From Christensenellaceae bacterium (lineage in GTDB: Bacteria > Bacillota > Clostridia > Christensenellales > CAG-138): DNA of 64,000 nucleotides. A program made the translations under genes and the position numbers. The stretch spans positions 1,242,546-1,306,545 of the forward strand of contig OY776633.1 in NCBI GenBank assembly GCA_963675855.1. The letters run 5' to 3'. The notes under the pieces are model-generated. The model searched no databases. It saw only the letters and a program-made list of their open reading frames with translations, and was not told where the DNA came from. Positions within the stretch are counted from its first letter, which is position 1; each line of letters starts with the position of its first letter. Shown here one piece after another: positions 19,054 to 29,565 of the stretch.

Positions 19054-20377
19054 AGGCGTCTCACAAAAACTGCAGGCGGTGTTTAAGCGCCTAAATTCGC
19101 GCGGCAGGCTCAGCGAAGCCGACGTGAAGGAAGCCATGCGCGAGATCAAGCTCGCCCTGCTGGAAGCGGACGTCAACTTCATGGTCGTCAAGGAGTTCGT
19201 GAAGACCGTCACCGACCGTGCGGTCGGCAGCGGCGTGCTCGAGAGCCTGACGCCAGGCCAGCAGGTCGTCAAAATCGTCAACGAAGAGCTCACGCGCCTC
19301 ATGGGCGGGGAGCACGCCAAACTCGAATTCGGCAACGAAAAGCCCGCCGTCATCCTCATGGCCGGTCTGCAGGGCGCGGGCAAGACCACCATGTGCGGCA
19401 AACTCGGCGCGTATATTGAAAAGCATTACGGTAAGAGCGTGCTGCTCGCCGCGTGCGATATCTACCGCCCGGCGGCGATTCAGCAGCTGCAGATCGTCGG
19501 CGAAAAGCTCAATATCCCCGTCTACGAACACGGCATGCAGGATCCCGTTCTCACGGCTAAAGAAGCGGCGGCCGAGGCGAAGCGGAAGTTTACCGACGTG
19601 GTTATCGTCGATACGGCGGGAAGACTGCACATCGACGACGACATGATGGAGGAGCTGAAAAAGATCCGCGACGCGGTCAAGCCCGCGGAGATACTCCTCG
19701 TCGTGGACGCCATGACCGGACAGGACGCGGTGAACGTCGCCAAGAGCTTTCACGAAACCGTCGCGCTCAGCGGCGTGATCCTCACCAAGCTCGACGGCGA
19801 CACGCGCGGCGGCGCCGCGCTCTCCGTGCGCGCGGTGACGGGAAAACCCATCAAGTTCTCCGGCATCGGCGAAAAGCTGACCGATATCGAACCGTTCCAT
19901 CCCGAACGCATGGCCAGCCGCATTCTCGGCATGGGGGATATGCTTACGCTCATCGAAAAGGCGCAAAGCGCCTTCGACGAGAAAAAAGCGATCGAGATGG
20001 CCGAGAAGATGAAGACCAACTCGTTTACGCTGGACGATTTTCTCGACCAGATGGAGCAGATGAAAGACATGGGCTCCATGGACGACATCATCAAGATGAT
20101 CCCCGGCATGGACGTAAATAAACTCGGCGGCGCGCAGGTCGACGAAAAGCAGATCGCGCGCACCAAGGCGATCATACTGAGCATGACGAAAGCCGAGCGA
20201 AAAGACCCCGATATCCTCACGGCCAGCCGAAGGAAGCGCATCGCGCGCGGCAGCGGAACGAGCGTGCAGGAGGTCAACCGCCTTATGAACCAGTTCAACA
20301 CCTCGCGGCAGATGATGAAGCAGATGTCGGGACGCATGAAAAAGGGGAAACGCGGCGGGATGCCGTTCGGATTCTGA
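19043..20377 (+). CDS. ffh: Signal recognition particle protein Ffh
   Basis: GLQGAGKTT, DTAGRLH, TKLDGDTRGG and a Met-rich M domain. The start MAFEGVSQKL follows a GGAGG RBS. Confidence 0.97.
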   Translation: MAFEGVSQKLQAVFKRLNSRGRLSEADVKEAMREIKLALLEADVNFMVVKEFVKTVTDRAVGSGVLESLTPGQQVVKIVNEELTRLMGGEHAKLEFGNEKPAVILMAGLQGAGKTTMCGKLGAYIEKHYGKSVLLAACDIYRPAAIQQLQIVGEKLNIPVYEHGMQDPVLTAKEAAAEAKRKFTDVVIVDTAGRLHIDDDMMEELKKIRDAVKPAEILLVVDAMTGQDAVNVAKSFHETVALSGVILTKLDGDTRGGAALSVRAVTGKPIKFSGIGEKLTDIEPFHPERMASRILGMGDMLTLIEKAQSAFDEKKAIEMAEKMKTNSFTLDDFLDQMEQMKDMGSMDDIIKMIPGMDVNKLGGAQVDEKQIARTKAIILSMTKAERKDPDILTASRRKRIARGSGTSVQEVNRLMNQFNTSRQMMKQMSGRMKKGKRGGMPFGF

Positions 20378-20456
20378 GCGCGGAATAATATTGGCGAATC
20401 ACGTTTACACGTATTCGATATAAAAACTACATCATACTATTTGGAGGAAGCAGACA

Positions 20457-20699
20457 ATGCTCAAGATCAGACTGCGCCGCATGGGCGCGAAGAAGGCACC
20501 ATTTTACCGCATCGTGGTTGCGGATTCCCGCGCGCCCCGCGACGGCGCGTTTGTGGAAGAACTCGGCTATTACAACCCCCTCTCGAACCCCGTCGAACTG
20601 AGCGTAAACAACGAGCACGCGGCGGAATGGATCAAGAAGGGCGCGCAGCCGACCGACACCGTTCGCGCGCTGCTGAAGAAGAGCGGCGCCATCGAGTGA
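20457..20699 (+). CDS. rpsP: 30S ribosomal protein S16
   Basis: [30 protein letters not shown]. Confidence 0.96.
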   Translation: MLKIRLRRMGAKKAPFYRIVVADSRAPRDGAFVEELGYYNPLSNPVELSVNNEHAAEWIKKGAQPTDTVRALLKKSGAIE

Positions 20700-20706
20700 G
20701 GGCGCA

Positions 20707-20958
20707 GTGATGGAGGAACTCGTACGCTTCATCGCAAAAAACCTCGTCGACGAACCGGATTCCGTGGTGGTCGAATCGCGGGAGGAAGGGGACACGGTCG
20801 TGATCTCCCTCTCCGTAGCGCCGCCCGACATGGGCAAGGTCATCGGCAGGCAGGGGCGCATCGCCAAAGCCATTCGCACGGTCGTCAAGGCCGCGAGCGT
20901 CCGCGAAGACAAGAAGTATATGGTGGATATCGTAGAGCAGGACGCGCCGGCGGAGTAA
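20707..20958 (+). CDS. KH domain-containing RNA-binding protein (YlqC-like)
   Basis: VIGRQGRIAKAIRTVV is present, and the gene lies between rpsP and rimM. The ATG at 20710 may be the true start. Confidence 0.85.
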   Translation: MMEELVRFIAKNLVDEPDSVVVESREEGDTVVISLSVAPPDMGKVIGRQGRIAKAIRTVVKAASVREDKKYMVDIVEQDAPAE

Positions 20959-20995
20959 CCGAAGTTACAAACAGCCGGGCACAGGGTACCATGAT

Positions 20996-21517
20996 TTGAA
21001 AGTGCAGTATCTGCGCGTCGGCCAGATCGTCCGCGCGCACGGCGTGCGCGGGGATGTGAAAGTCATCCCGCTGACGGACGATCCGGCGCGGTTTCGCGCG
21101 CTGAAAATGGCATATCTTGAAACGGCGTCGGACGCATACGCGCCGATCGCGGTTGAGAACGTGCGCTTTTTAACGGACGCGGTTTTGCTGCACCTGGAAG
21201 GGTACGATACAGCGGAGCGCGCGGAGAAGCTGAAGAACGTCTATCTTTGCGTGAACAGGGAAAACGCCGTCAAACTCGAAAAGGACACGTATTTTGTCGC
21301 CGATCTGATCGGCTGCGAAACCTTCGATACGAACGGGAAAGCTTATGGTAAACTCACGGACGTGCTGGAAACCGGCGCGAACGACGTGTATGAAATCGAG
21401 CGCGGGAAATTGCTCGTACCCGCGCTGAAAAAGGTGCTCAAAGAGGTGGACGTGGAGCGCGGACGCATCGTATTCGACGCCGGGGCGCTCGAGGAGGTCG
21501 GTTGTTTTGCGGATTGA
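20996..21517 (+). CDS. rimM: Ribosome maturation factor RimM
   Basis: TTG start; LRVGQIVRAHGVRGDVKV and a PRC-barrel C-terminus. Confidence 0.9.
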   Translation: MKVQYLRVGQIVRAHGVRGDVKVIPLTDDPARFRALKMAYLETASDAYAPIAVENVRFLTDAVLLHLEGYDTAERAEKLKNVYLCVNRENAVKLEKDTYFVADLIGCETFDTNGKAYGKLTDVLETGANDVYEIERGKLLVPALKKVLKEVDVERGRIVFDAGALEEVGCFAD

Positions 21518-22226
21518 TATCCTGACGCTGTTTCCGGAGATGTTTAAAGGCGCGCTGTCGGCGAGCATGCTCGGGCGCGCGCGTGAAAACGGTCTCATCG
21601 ACATTAAGCTGCACAACATCCGTGATTATACCGACAACAAGCACAAAAAGGCGGACGATTATCCCTTCGGCGGCGGCGCGGGCCTCGTGATGATGGCGCA
21701 GCCCATCTACGACTGCATGGACGCCGTGCTCGAAGGCGAAATGGCGAGGCGCATCCTGTTAACCCCGCGCGGGCGTACGCTAAACCAGAAGATCGCCAAA
21801 GAACTCTCCATCGAAGAGCGGCTCGTGCTGCTCTGCGGTCATTACGAAGGCGTGGACGAGCGCGTGATGAACATCATAGACGACGAGATATCGATCGGCG
21901 ACTATGTGCTCACCGGCGGCGAACTGCCCGCCATGGTGCTGATCGACTGCGTCTGCCGCCTGATTCCGGGCGTTCTCGGCAGCGAAGAAAGCGCGGCGGA
22001 CGAATCGTTCTCAGAAAGCCTGCTGGAATATCCGCAGTATACGCGCCCTGCGAACTTTCGCGGCATGGAAGTACCGGAAATACTGCTCAACGGGCACCAC
22101 GCGAAGATTCAGGCATGGCGGCAGGAACAGGCGCGTCTCAAGACCGCGATGAACCGTCCCGACCTGCTGACGGAGAACGCGGAGAGCGGCGCTCAGATCG
22201 AAGCGCCGGACGACGCCTGGCTCTGA
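21507..22226 (+). CDS. trmD: tRNA (guanine37-N1)-methyltransferase TrmD
   Basis: MRIDILTLFPEMF, DDYPFGGGAGLVMM and VLLCGHYEGVDERV. Confidence 0.95.
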   Translation: MRIDILTLFPEMFKGALSASMLGRARENGLIDIKLHNIRDYTDNKHKKADDYPFGGGAGLVMMAQPIYDCMDAVLEGEMARRILLTPRGRTLNQKIAKELSIEERLVLLCGHYEGVDERVMNIIDDEISIGDYVLTGGELPAMVLIDCVCRLIPGVLGSEESAADESFSESLLEYPQYTRPANFRGMEVPEILLNGHHAKIQAWRQEQARLKTAMNRPDLLTENAESGAQIEAPDDAWL

Positions 22227-22321
22227 GCAAAGTAAAAACGAAATAACCGTTTCTGACAATCCGGTATTGGGTTGTCTTGGTTTATATTGAAGGAGAACGC
22301 CGGAATTCCGGCGAACGAACT

Positions 22322-23188
22322 ATGCAAAACGCAGCAAAAGGCACTATCGCCATGATCGCGACCGCACTGCTCTGGAGCATCGGCGGCATCTTCATCAAGC
22401 TCGTACCGTGGAATCCGCTCGCTATCGCGGGGCTTCGCGGCGCGCTCGGCGGACTCGTGATGTACGCCTACCTGCGCGTGCGCGGAATCAAACCGGTATT
22501 CAACAGGGATACCGTAAAGATCGCGGTCGCGCTCGCCGGTGTCTGCACCACGTTTGTCGCGGCGAACAAATTGACGACGTCCGCAAACGCGATCGTCATC
22601 CAGTATTGCGCGCCGGTGTACGTGCTGCTTTACGTCGCGTTCGTTCAGAAGAAAAAACTGCGCGTGCTTGACATCGTCGTCGTGCCGGTCACGATTCTCG
22701 GCGTCGCGCTGTGCTTTCTCGGGCAAATCGGGAACGGCCATCTGGCGGGAGACCTGATCGCGGTCGCTTCCGGCATATTCTTCGCGTGCATGTTTATCTT
22801 CAGCGAGGGCGTTTCGGAGCAGACGCGCGCCAGCGGACTCATGCAGGGCCAGTTTCTGGCCGCGCTGATCGGGCTGCCCGTGCTCTTTGCAACGCACCCC
22901 GCGTTCACGCCGGCCGCCATAGGCGGAATACTGATCCTCGGCGTCGTACAGATCGGCATATCCTATGTGCTCTACAACATCGCGATCAAAAACGCGCCGC
23001 TTTTAACCTGCTCTCTGCTTGCGGTGCTGGAGCCGCTGCTCAATCCTGTTTGGGTGTTTTTCTTTGCCGGAGAAAACCCCGGCATGCTGTCACTCATCGG
23101 CGGCGTGGTCGTCGTGAGTGTCGTCACGCTCTGGTCGGTTTACGACGTGCGGCATCCGGTGGCCGCGGCGGAGCCGAACCCCGCATAA
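22322..23188 (+). CDS. EamA/DMT-family transporter
   Basis: It has about 10 hydrophobic segments in two EamA-like halves. The ORF opens at 22277, so the start is uncertain. Confidence 0.75.
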   Translation: MQNAAKGTIAMIATALLWSIGGIFIKLVPWNPLAIAGLRGALGGLVMYAYLRVRGIKPVFNRDTVKIAVALAGVCTTFVAANKLTTSANAIVIQYCAPVYVLLYVAFVQKKKLRVLDIVVVPVTILGVALCFLGQIGNGHLAGDLIAVASGIFFACMFIFSEGVSEQTRASGLMQGQFLAALIGLPVLFATHPAFTPAAIGGILILGVVQIGISYVLYNIAIKNAPLLTCSLLAVLEPLLNPVWVFFFAGENPGMLSLIGGVVVVSVVTLWSVYDVRHPVAAAEPNPA

Positions 23189-23227
23189 AATCTGGGAAAA
23201 CCGAGCATATCATCGGAGAAAAACAGC

Positions 23228-23256
23228 TTGCAATCATATGCGGGCTGTGTTATAAT
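23228..23256 (+). promoter_or_regulatory. Sigma-A-type promoter (TTGCAA-17-TATAAT) for rplS, followed by an ~80-nt leader
   Basis: The hexamers were read directly. The leader may correspond to the Firmicutes L19 autoregulatory leader, but this is not verified. Confidence 0.55.
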
Positions 23257-23336
23257 CGCGTTCGTGGCATCGGGCGGTCCTCTGTTCGGCTTTTTGAAGT
23301 ATGAACGCCTGCAAACTGAAAGGAGAATATTTCAAA

Positions 23337-23699
23337 ATGTCCGACATCATCAGAGAACTCGAAAAAGAACAGCTCCGCACCGACCTGCCGGAACTCGAAG
23401 TCGGCGATACCGTCCGCGTATTCGTGAAGGTTATCGAAGGCAACCGCGAACGCCTCCAGAACTTCGAAGGCGTCGTGATCAAGATCCAGGGCGGCGGCGT
23501 GCGCAAAAGCTTTACCGTCCGCCGCATCTCGTACGGCGTCGGCGTGGAAAGAACCTTCCCGTACAACAGCCCGCGCATCGGGCGCATCGAGGTCGTCCGC
23601 CACGGCGTCGTGCGCCGTGCCAAGCTCTTCTACCTGCGCGAACGCTCCGGCAAATCCGCCAAGATCCGCGAGCGCATCGTAGACAAGAACGCCAAGTAA
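23337..23699 (+). CDS. rplS: 50S ribosomal protein L19
   Basis: [27 protein letters not shown]..., with a GAAAGGAGAA RBS. Confidence 0.96.
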   Translation: MSDIIRELEKEQLRTDLPELEVGDTVRVFVKVIEGNRERLQNFEGVVIKIQGGGVRKSFTVRRISYGVGVERTFPYNSPRIGRIEVVRHGVVRRAKLFYLRERSGKSAKIRERIVDKNAK

Positions 23700-23771
23700 T
23701 TTCGAACGATACGACAAGCCCCTCTGCCATAAACCGGCACCGGGGTTTTTCCTTATCTGGAGGAACGATCA

Positions 23772-24626
23772 ATGCCCGCTATCAACTGGTATCCCGGGCA
23801 TATGGCGAAGACGCGCCGTATGCTGCAGGAAAATCTGAAGTTCATCGACGTCGTCGTCGAGATTCTCGACGCGCGCGCGCCGCTCGCTTCGCGCAACCCC
23901 GACTTTGACGACCTGTTTGTCAATAAAGCGCGCGTCGTGCTGCTCAACAAGAGCGACCTTGCCGACGCGGGCTCGACGAAGCGCTGGATATCGCATTTTT
24001 CGCGGCGCGGCGTCGAGGCGGCGGGCGTGTCCGCGACCGGCGGATCTGCAAAAAAGATCGCCGTTTCGCTCATCGAGAAAGCCGCGAAGCCCCGTGTGGA
24101 CGCGATGAAGGCAAAGGGCGTGAATAAAACCGTGCGCTGCATGATCGTCGGCATTCCCAACGTTGGCAAGTCCACGCTGATCAACCGCATCGCGGGCATC
24201 AACCGCGCGGAGGTCGGCGATAAACCCGGCGTCACGCGCGGCAAGCAGTGGGTGAAGATCACGCCGTATCTGGAACTCATGGACACGCCGGGTATGCTCT
24301 GGCCGAAACTGGAGGATCAGGAACTCGCGAGGCACCTTGCGTTTCTGGGTTCCATCCGGGACGAAATTATGGATTCGGAGGAGCTCGCGCTCGATCTGTT
24401 GGCGTTGCTGCAAGCCGTCGTACCGGAGCGGCTGATCGAACGGTACGCAAAACTTTCGCAGGATACGCCCAAAGAGGAATTATTAGACGCGGTGTGCCGC
24501 AGCCGAGGGTTTTTGCTGCGCGGCGGCGAACTGGATACGGAGCGCGCCGCGCGCGTGGCGCTGGACGAGTTCCGCGCGGGCAGGATCGCGCGCGTTACGC
24601 TCGAACAGCCGGAGACGAACGCGTGA
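23772..24626 (+). CDS. rbgA: Ribosome biogenesis GTPase A (YlqF/RbgA)
   Basis: It is a circularly permuted GTPase with NKSDL before GIPNVGKSTLINR and DTPGMLWP. Confidence 0.92.
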   Translation: MPAINWYPGHMAKTRRMLQENLKFIDVVVEILDARAPLASRNPDFDDLFVNKARVVLLNKSDLADAGSTKRWISHFSRRGVEAAGVSATGGSAKKIAVSLIEKAAKPRVDAMKAKGVNKTVRCMIVGIPNVGKSTLINRIAGINRAEVGDKPGVTRGKQWVKITPYLELMDTPGMLWPKLEDQELARHLAFLGSIRDEIMDSEELALDLLALLQAVVPERLIERYAKLSQDTPKEELLDAVCRSRGFLLRGGELDTERAARVALDEFRAGRIARVTLEQPETNA

Positions 24627-25249
24627 ACCGGATTCCGGAAAGCGAGCGGCTTGAAAAGCTCAGCGCACCCGACCGCGCGTTCTGGGCGCAGGATGGCGTC
24701 GTGCTCGCCGGTATGGACGAGGTGGGCCGCGGCCCGCTCGCAGGGCCTGTGGTCGCCTGTTGTGCCGCCATGCCGAAAGAGCCGCTGATCGAGCGCGTGA
24801 ACGACTCGAAAAAACTAAGCGAGATGCGAAGGGAAGCGCTCTATCCCGTGTTGACAACTACCGCTCTGGGTTACGCGCTCGGCTGGGTCTGGCCGGAAAC
24901 AATCGACGAAATCAACATACTCGAAGCCACGAAGCTGGCGTTTAAACAGGCGTACGAAGCGATGCCGGTCAAACCGACCGACGTATTAATCGATGCAATC
25001 CGCGGATTGGATATCCCCGCCCGCCAGCACCCGATCGTGCACGGGGACGCGCTGAGCTACAGCATCGCATGCGCGTCCGTCATCGCAAAGGTCGGGCGCG
25101 ACCGCTATATGATCGAACAGGACGCGCTGTATCCACAGTACGGCTTTGCAAGAAACAAGGGGTACGGCACGGCGGAACACATGGAAGCGCTGAGACGGCA
25201 CGGCCCGTGCCCGATCCACCGCAGGAGCTTTATCGGGAGATTCGTATGA
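24623..25249 (+). CDS. rnhB: Ribonuclease HII
   Basis: GMDEVGRGPLAGPVV and DSKKLS are present. The GTG start overlaps the rbgA stop (GTGA). The longer ORF from 24248 overlaps rbgA and is rejected. Confidence 0.9.
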   Translation: MNRIPESERLEKLSAPDRAFWAQDGVVLAGMDEVGRGPLAGPVVACCAAMPKEPLIERVNDSKKLSEMRREALYPVLTTTALGYALGWVWPETIDEINILEATKLAFKQAYEAMPVKPTDVLIDAIRGLDIPARQHPIVHGDALSYSIACASVIAKVGRDRYMIEQDALYPQYGFARNKGYGTAEHMEALRRHGPCPIHRRSFIGRFV

Positions 25250-25599
25250 GCACAACGTCGGTCGGGAGAGCCGGAGAAGCGCGCGCAAAAGCGTATCTGG
25301 AGCAAAAGGGCTACCGCACGCTGAAGCAGAACTACCGCAGCGGGCCGCGGGAGATCGACCTGATCCTGCTGGACGGCGAGACAATCGTGTTTGCCGAGGT
25401 CAAGTCCCGTAGCAAGACTCGTTTCGGTACGCCCGCGGAATTCGTGACCCGGGAGAAGCGGCGACAGCTGACGCTCGCGGCGCAGGCCTATCTGGTTTCT
25501 GAAGGGCTGACCGATTCGCCCGCCCGGTTCGACGTGGTCGAGGTGTACCTCTCTTCCGGCGAGATACGGCATATCGAGAATGCGTTCGACGCGACGTGA
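25246..25599 (+). CDS. YraN-family (UPF0102) endonuclease-like protein
   Basis: GEARAKAYLEQKGY...GPREIDLILLDGETIVFAEVK. The start overlaps the rnhB stop. Confidence 0.85.
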   Translation: MSTTSVGRAGEARAKAYLEQKGYRTLKQNYRSGPREIDLILLDGETIVFAEVKSRSKTRFGTPAEFVTREKRRQLTLAAQAYLVSEGLTDSPARFDVVEVYLSSGEIRHIENAFDAT

Positions 25600-25633
25600 G
25601 GTGCGGCAAACGCGGTGCGACACAAAAATGACA

Positions 25634-25670
25634 AGCTCAAGCCGTATCCGTGCGGTTGAGCTTTTTTTTA
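25634..25670 (+). terminator. Rho-independent terminator after yraN
   Basis: AGCTCAA(G)CCG...CGGTTGAGCT stem followed by TTTTTTTT. Confidence 0.7.
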
Positions 25671-25731
25671 ATTATGGTATACTGTTTGGGAATTGATCGA
25701 ATATAAAAAAGGATGTGGAAAGGATACGTTT

Positions 25732-28700
25732 GTGCGTAAACTGCTGACAATCCTGCTTTTTGTTTGCCTGCTGAGCGTGCCCGCGCTGTCGCTTGCCGAC
25801 GGCGGGGACGAGTTGACGGGTGACGAACTGATTTATAACGGCGACTTTGCCGCGTATACCGAGAGTGCGCTGTTGCCCTCTGGCTGGGAACTCAACGCCT
25901 ATCAAAGCGATGAAAACAGCGTGGACGCCTACCTCGGCACGGACGACGACGGATCGCTCATCGTCGTGATCGACAACCTCGTGGCCAACGATTCGCGCGT
26001 GGTGCAGCATGTCGCGGTGCAGCCGGACACGGTTTACCGCCTCAGCGCGGACATCCGCACCAACGACGTACAGTACGGCACAGGCGCGAACCTCTCGATC
26101 GACAACTATCCCATCGACGGAACATATTGTTATTCCGAAAACCTGTTCGGTTCGGACGTATGGCGCAGCGTCATGCTGTATTTCCGCACGGGGGCGGAGC
26201 AGACCGAGGTGGTAATCGCCCTCCGGCTCGGCGGTTACGGCACCACCGCCACCGGGGCGGCGGAGTATCGCAACGTGTCGATGTACGAATGCCTTTCGAC
26301 TGAATCGAAAATTGTAGATCTTGCGACCGAGAACGGAACGATTTCAAACAGCACCGGAGCCAGCGAACACGAAGAAGAGCTGGCGACGGCGAACGACCCG
26401 CTGTATCTGGCGATCGCGTTCTCCGTTGCGCTTGCGGCGGCGTTTGTCTGGGCATATCGAAACGAATTGAGAAACGAATCCAGGCTGATGCGAAGCGTCG
26501 GAAAACCGCGCCTTGCGCTGATGATCATACTCATCGGCGCGTTCGTGCTCCGCGTTGCGCTGTCACTCGTCTTCTACGGGCATTCGACGGATATCAACTG
26601 CTTCATGGCCTGGGGAAATATGGTGGCGGAAGGCGGCGCCGCCGGCTTCTATACGTCCGGCGCGTTTACGGACTATCCGCCGGGATATATGTACGTTGCC
26701 GGCGCGATCTCGGCGCTGTGCCGCGCGCTTGGCGTACCGTACGGATCGGACGGGATGGCGCTTTTGTTCAAGATGCCGTCCACGTTTGCGGATATGGCGA
26801 CGGTATACCTCCTCTACGCAATGGCAAAAAAACGCGGGATGGCAGAGAAGGGCGCATTGATCGTCGCGGGTTTGTTCGCAATCTGCCCGCCGCTTCTGTT
26901 CGTCTCCGGCGCATGGGGGCAGATCGACTCCCTGCTTGCGCTGATGCTCGCGCTGGTGATGCTGTTGCTGCAAAAGGACAAGAGGATATTCGCGGGCGCG
27001 CTGTACGGGCTTGCGATCCTGTTTAAGCCGCAGGCGCTCATGCTCGGACCGTTGCTTGCGGCGGCGTTTATCGCGGACATCTTCGACGCGAAGGAACGCT
27101 GGCTCAAACGGCTCGGCGAGACCGCGCTTGCCGTACTCGCCGCGTTTGCCGTGCTGCTTGCGCTCTCCCTGCCGTTTAAAGGAACGCAGAGTTGGGACTG
27201 GCTGATCCGAAAATACGTTGAAACGGCTGGATCTTACCATTACGCGTCGATCGAGGCGTTCAATTTCGGCTCGCTGATCGGCGGGAACTGGAAGACGGCG
27301 GACATGCTGTTTGCCGGCATACCCTATTATATCTTCGGCACGGTCATGATCGGCGCTTCGGTCATGTTTTCATGGACGCTCTACCTGTTCGGCAGGAAAC
27401 GCAGCCACGGCGCGCTGTACCTCAGCGGCGCGGTGGCGGTGATGCTGATCTTTTCCTTCGGGCACTATATGCACGAGCGCTATATGCTGCCCGCGCTGCT
27501 GCTGCTGTTGATCGCGTATCTGTATTACCGCGACAGGCGGCTGATCATCGCGTTCGGCGGGATATCCGTCACCGCGTTTTTAAACGCGGCCAGCGCATTT
27601 TACGTGGTCGACCACCAGGCCGCGCGCGGCACGCTGTATGAGGTGATCACGCGCGCCGGGTCGCTCGCGACCGTCGCGCTCACGCTGTATCTATGCTATG
27701 TGGCGGTACGCATTCTGATTCAGAACCGGACGCTGGAACCGTTAATGGCGGAAGAGCCGCGACAGAAGCTTCTATCACGCCGCGTGTCGATCCTGCCGAA
27801 ACTGCCGACGGACAACAAACTGCACTACACGAAGCGGGACATGCTCTATGTGCTCGGTATTACACTCGTCTACGGCGTGGTCGCGCTGACCAACCTCGGC
27901 TCCACGCACACGCCGCAGACCTCGTGGTACGCCGAAAAAGCAGGCGAAAGCGTCACCGTTCAATTCGACGCGGTGGAGCACGTTTCGGCATACAGCGTTT
28001 ACGGCAACATCGACAACGAAGGCGTGCTGCTGCTTGAAACGGAGGAGGGGCACGAAGAGACCTTTACTCAGGCGTACGACGACATGTTCCGCTGGAAGAG
28101 GGTGGCGACCGACTTTGTGACGGACGGCGTCACGCTTACGCTCTATTCCGGCACGCTGAAACTCAACGAAATCGCGTTTTTCGACCAGAGCGGGGATCAG
28201 ATTTCCCTCTCCGTTGTCAACCCGCAGGGAACGCAGGCGAACCTCTTCGACGAACAGGATATCGTGGAAACCATGCCGAGTTATTTTTCCGGCATGTATT
28301 TCGACGAGCTCTACCACGCGCGTACGGCTTACGAACACCTCAATGACCTCTCGCCGTATGAAAACTCGCATCCGCCGCTGGGTAAGCTGTTCATCATGCT
28401 CGGCGTGTGGGCGTTCGGCATGACGCCGTTTGGCTGGCGCGTGGTCGGCGCGATGTTCGGCATCGGCATGCTGCCGGTTTTATACGCGTTCGGCAAGCGG
28501 ATGTTCAAAAATTCCAACTACGCGCTCGTGCTCACAGCGCTGTTTGCTTTCGATTTCATGCACTTTACGCAGACGCGCATCGCGACGATCGACGTATACT
28601 CCGTGTTCTTCATATTGCTGATGTACTATTATATGTACCAGTACATCACGATGAATTTCTTTGCCGACGGGTTGAAAAAAACGCTCAAGCCGCTCGCGCT

Positions 28701-29565
28701 GTCCGGCCTGTTTTTCGGCGTCGGCGCGGCGTGCAAGTGGACGAGTATCTACGCGGGCGCAGGGCTTGCCGTTCTGTTCTTTGGCTCGCTGATCGCGCGG
28801 TATCTCGATTACGCGCACGCGAACGCGCGGGACAACGACGCGGACAAGGCGCTGGTCAGGGACTACTGGCGGCTTGCGGGTAAGACGGTCGCATGGTGCG
28901 TGCTGTTTTTCATCGTGGTTCCGTTTGCGATCTATTTTGCGTCCTACGCGCCGTATTATATCTATGAGTCGGGGCAGAGCGCGGGTTACGGCTTGTCCGG
29001 CATGAAGGATACGTTCATCCGATATCAGCAGTTTATGTATAACTATCACTCCAATCTGAAAGCGACGCACCCGTATCAGTCGAGCTGGTATTCCTGGCCT
29101 TTTACGGGCAAACCGATGTGGTATTACTTCAACACCTATATCACGCCGGAACGGGTGTCTACGCTCAGCGCGTCCGGAAACCCCGCCGTCTGGTGGGTTT
29201 CGACCGTCGGCGCCGCCGCGCTGTTCTGGGCGCGGCTGAGCAAGCGCGTCGCGCCCGACCGCGCGATGCAGGTCTTCAGCGTGGGCGTACTGGCGAACTA
29301 CCTGCCCTGGGTGCTGGTGACGCGCTGTACATTTATCTACCACTTTTTCGCGACCGTGCCGTTCATCCTGATGGCGACGGTGTACGTGCTGCAAAAACTG
29401 GAGCAGAAATACCGCGACGCGAACTTCATCAAGTGGGTCTGGGTCGGGTTTGCCGTACTGTTTTTCATCATGCTGTATCCCGGAATCTCCGGTTTGCCGG
29501 TTTCCGCCGAGTGGGCGTCGTTTCTATCCAAACTGCCGGGAGGGAAACTGATGTATGGAGCGTAA
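25732..29565 (+). CDS. Very large polytopic membrane protein with a CBM-like domain, a GT-C-like membrane module, a second soluble domain, and a PMT/GT39-like glycosyltransferase module
   Basis: The ORF is 25693..29565, and GTG 25732 gives a signal/anchor (VRKLLTILLFVCLLSVPALSLA). The soluble segment has NGDF...GW. Many hydrophobic segments follow, including TDYPPGYMY. Then YFDELYHARTAYE...HPPLGK (DE first-loop motif) is followed by at least 8 more hydrophobic segments. Confidence 0.75.
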   Translation: MRKLLTILLFVCLLSVPALSLADGGDELTGDELIYNGDFAAYTESALLPSGWELNAYQSDENSVDAYLGTDDDGSLIVVIDNLVANDSRVVQHVAVQPDTVYRLSADIRTNDVQYGTGANLSIDNYPIDGTYCYSENLFGSDVWRSVMLYFRTGAEQTEVVIALRLGGYGTTATGAAEYRNVSMYECLSTESKIVDLATENGTISNSTGASEHEEELATANDPLYLAIAFSVALAAAFVWAYRNELRNESRLMRSVGKPRLALMIILIGAFVLRVALSLVFYGHSTDINCFMAWGNMVAEGGAAGFYTSGAFTDYPPGYMYVAGAISALCRALGVPYGSDGMALLFKMPSTFADMATVYLLYAMAKKRGMAEKGALIVAGLFAICPPLLFVSGAWGQIDSLLALMLALVMLLLQKDKRIFAGALYGLAILFKPQALMLGPLLAAAFIADIFDAKERWLKRLGETALAVLAAFAVLLALSLPFKGTQSWDWLIRKYVETAGSYHYASIEAFNFGSLIGGNWKTADMLFAGIPYYIFGTVMIGASVMFSWTLYLFGRKRSHGALYLSGAVAVMLIFSFGHYMHERYMLPALLLLLIAYLYYRDRRLIIAFGGISVTAFLNAASAFYVVDHQAARGTLYEVITRAGSLATVALTLYLCYVAVRILIQNRTLEPLMAEEPRQKLLSRRVSILPKLPTDNKLHYTKRDMLYVLGITLVYGVVALTNLGSTHTPQTSWYAEKAGESVTVQFDAVEHVSAYSVYGNIDNEGVLLLETEEGHEETFTQAYDDMFRWKRVATDFVTDGVTLTLYSGTLKLNEIAFFDQSGDQISLSVVNPQGTQANLFDEQDIVETMPSYFSGMYFDELYHARTAYEHLNDLSPYENSHPPLGKLFIMLGVWAFGMTPFGWRVVGAMFGIGMLPVLYAFGKRMFKNSNYALVLTALFAFDFMHFTQTRIATIDVYSVFFILLMYYYMYQYITMNFFADGLKKTLKPLALSGLFFGVGAACKWTSIYAGAGLAVLFFGSLIARYLDYAHANARDNDADKALVRDYWRLAGKTVAWCVLFFIVVPFAIYFASYAPYYIYESGQSAGYGLSGMKDTFIRYQQFMYNYHSNLKATHPYQSSWYSWPFTGKPMWYYFNTYITPERVSTLSASGNPAVWWVSTVGAAALFWARLSKRVAPDRAMQVFSVGVLANYLPWVLVTRCTFIYHFFATVPFILMATVYVLQKLEQKYRDANFIKWVWVGFAVLFFIMLYPGISGLPVSAEWASFLSKLPGGKLMYGA

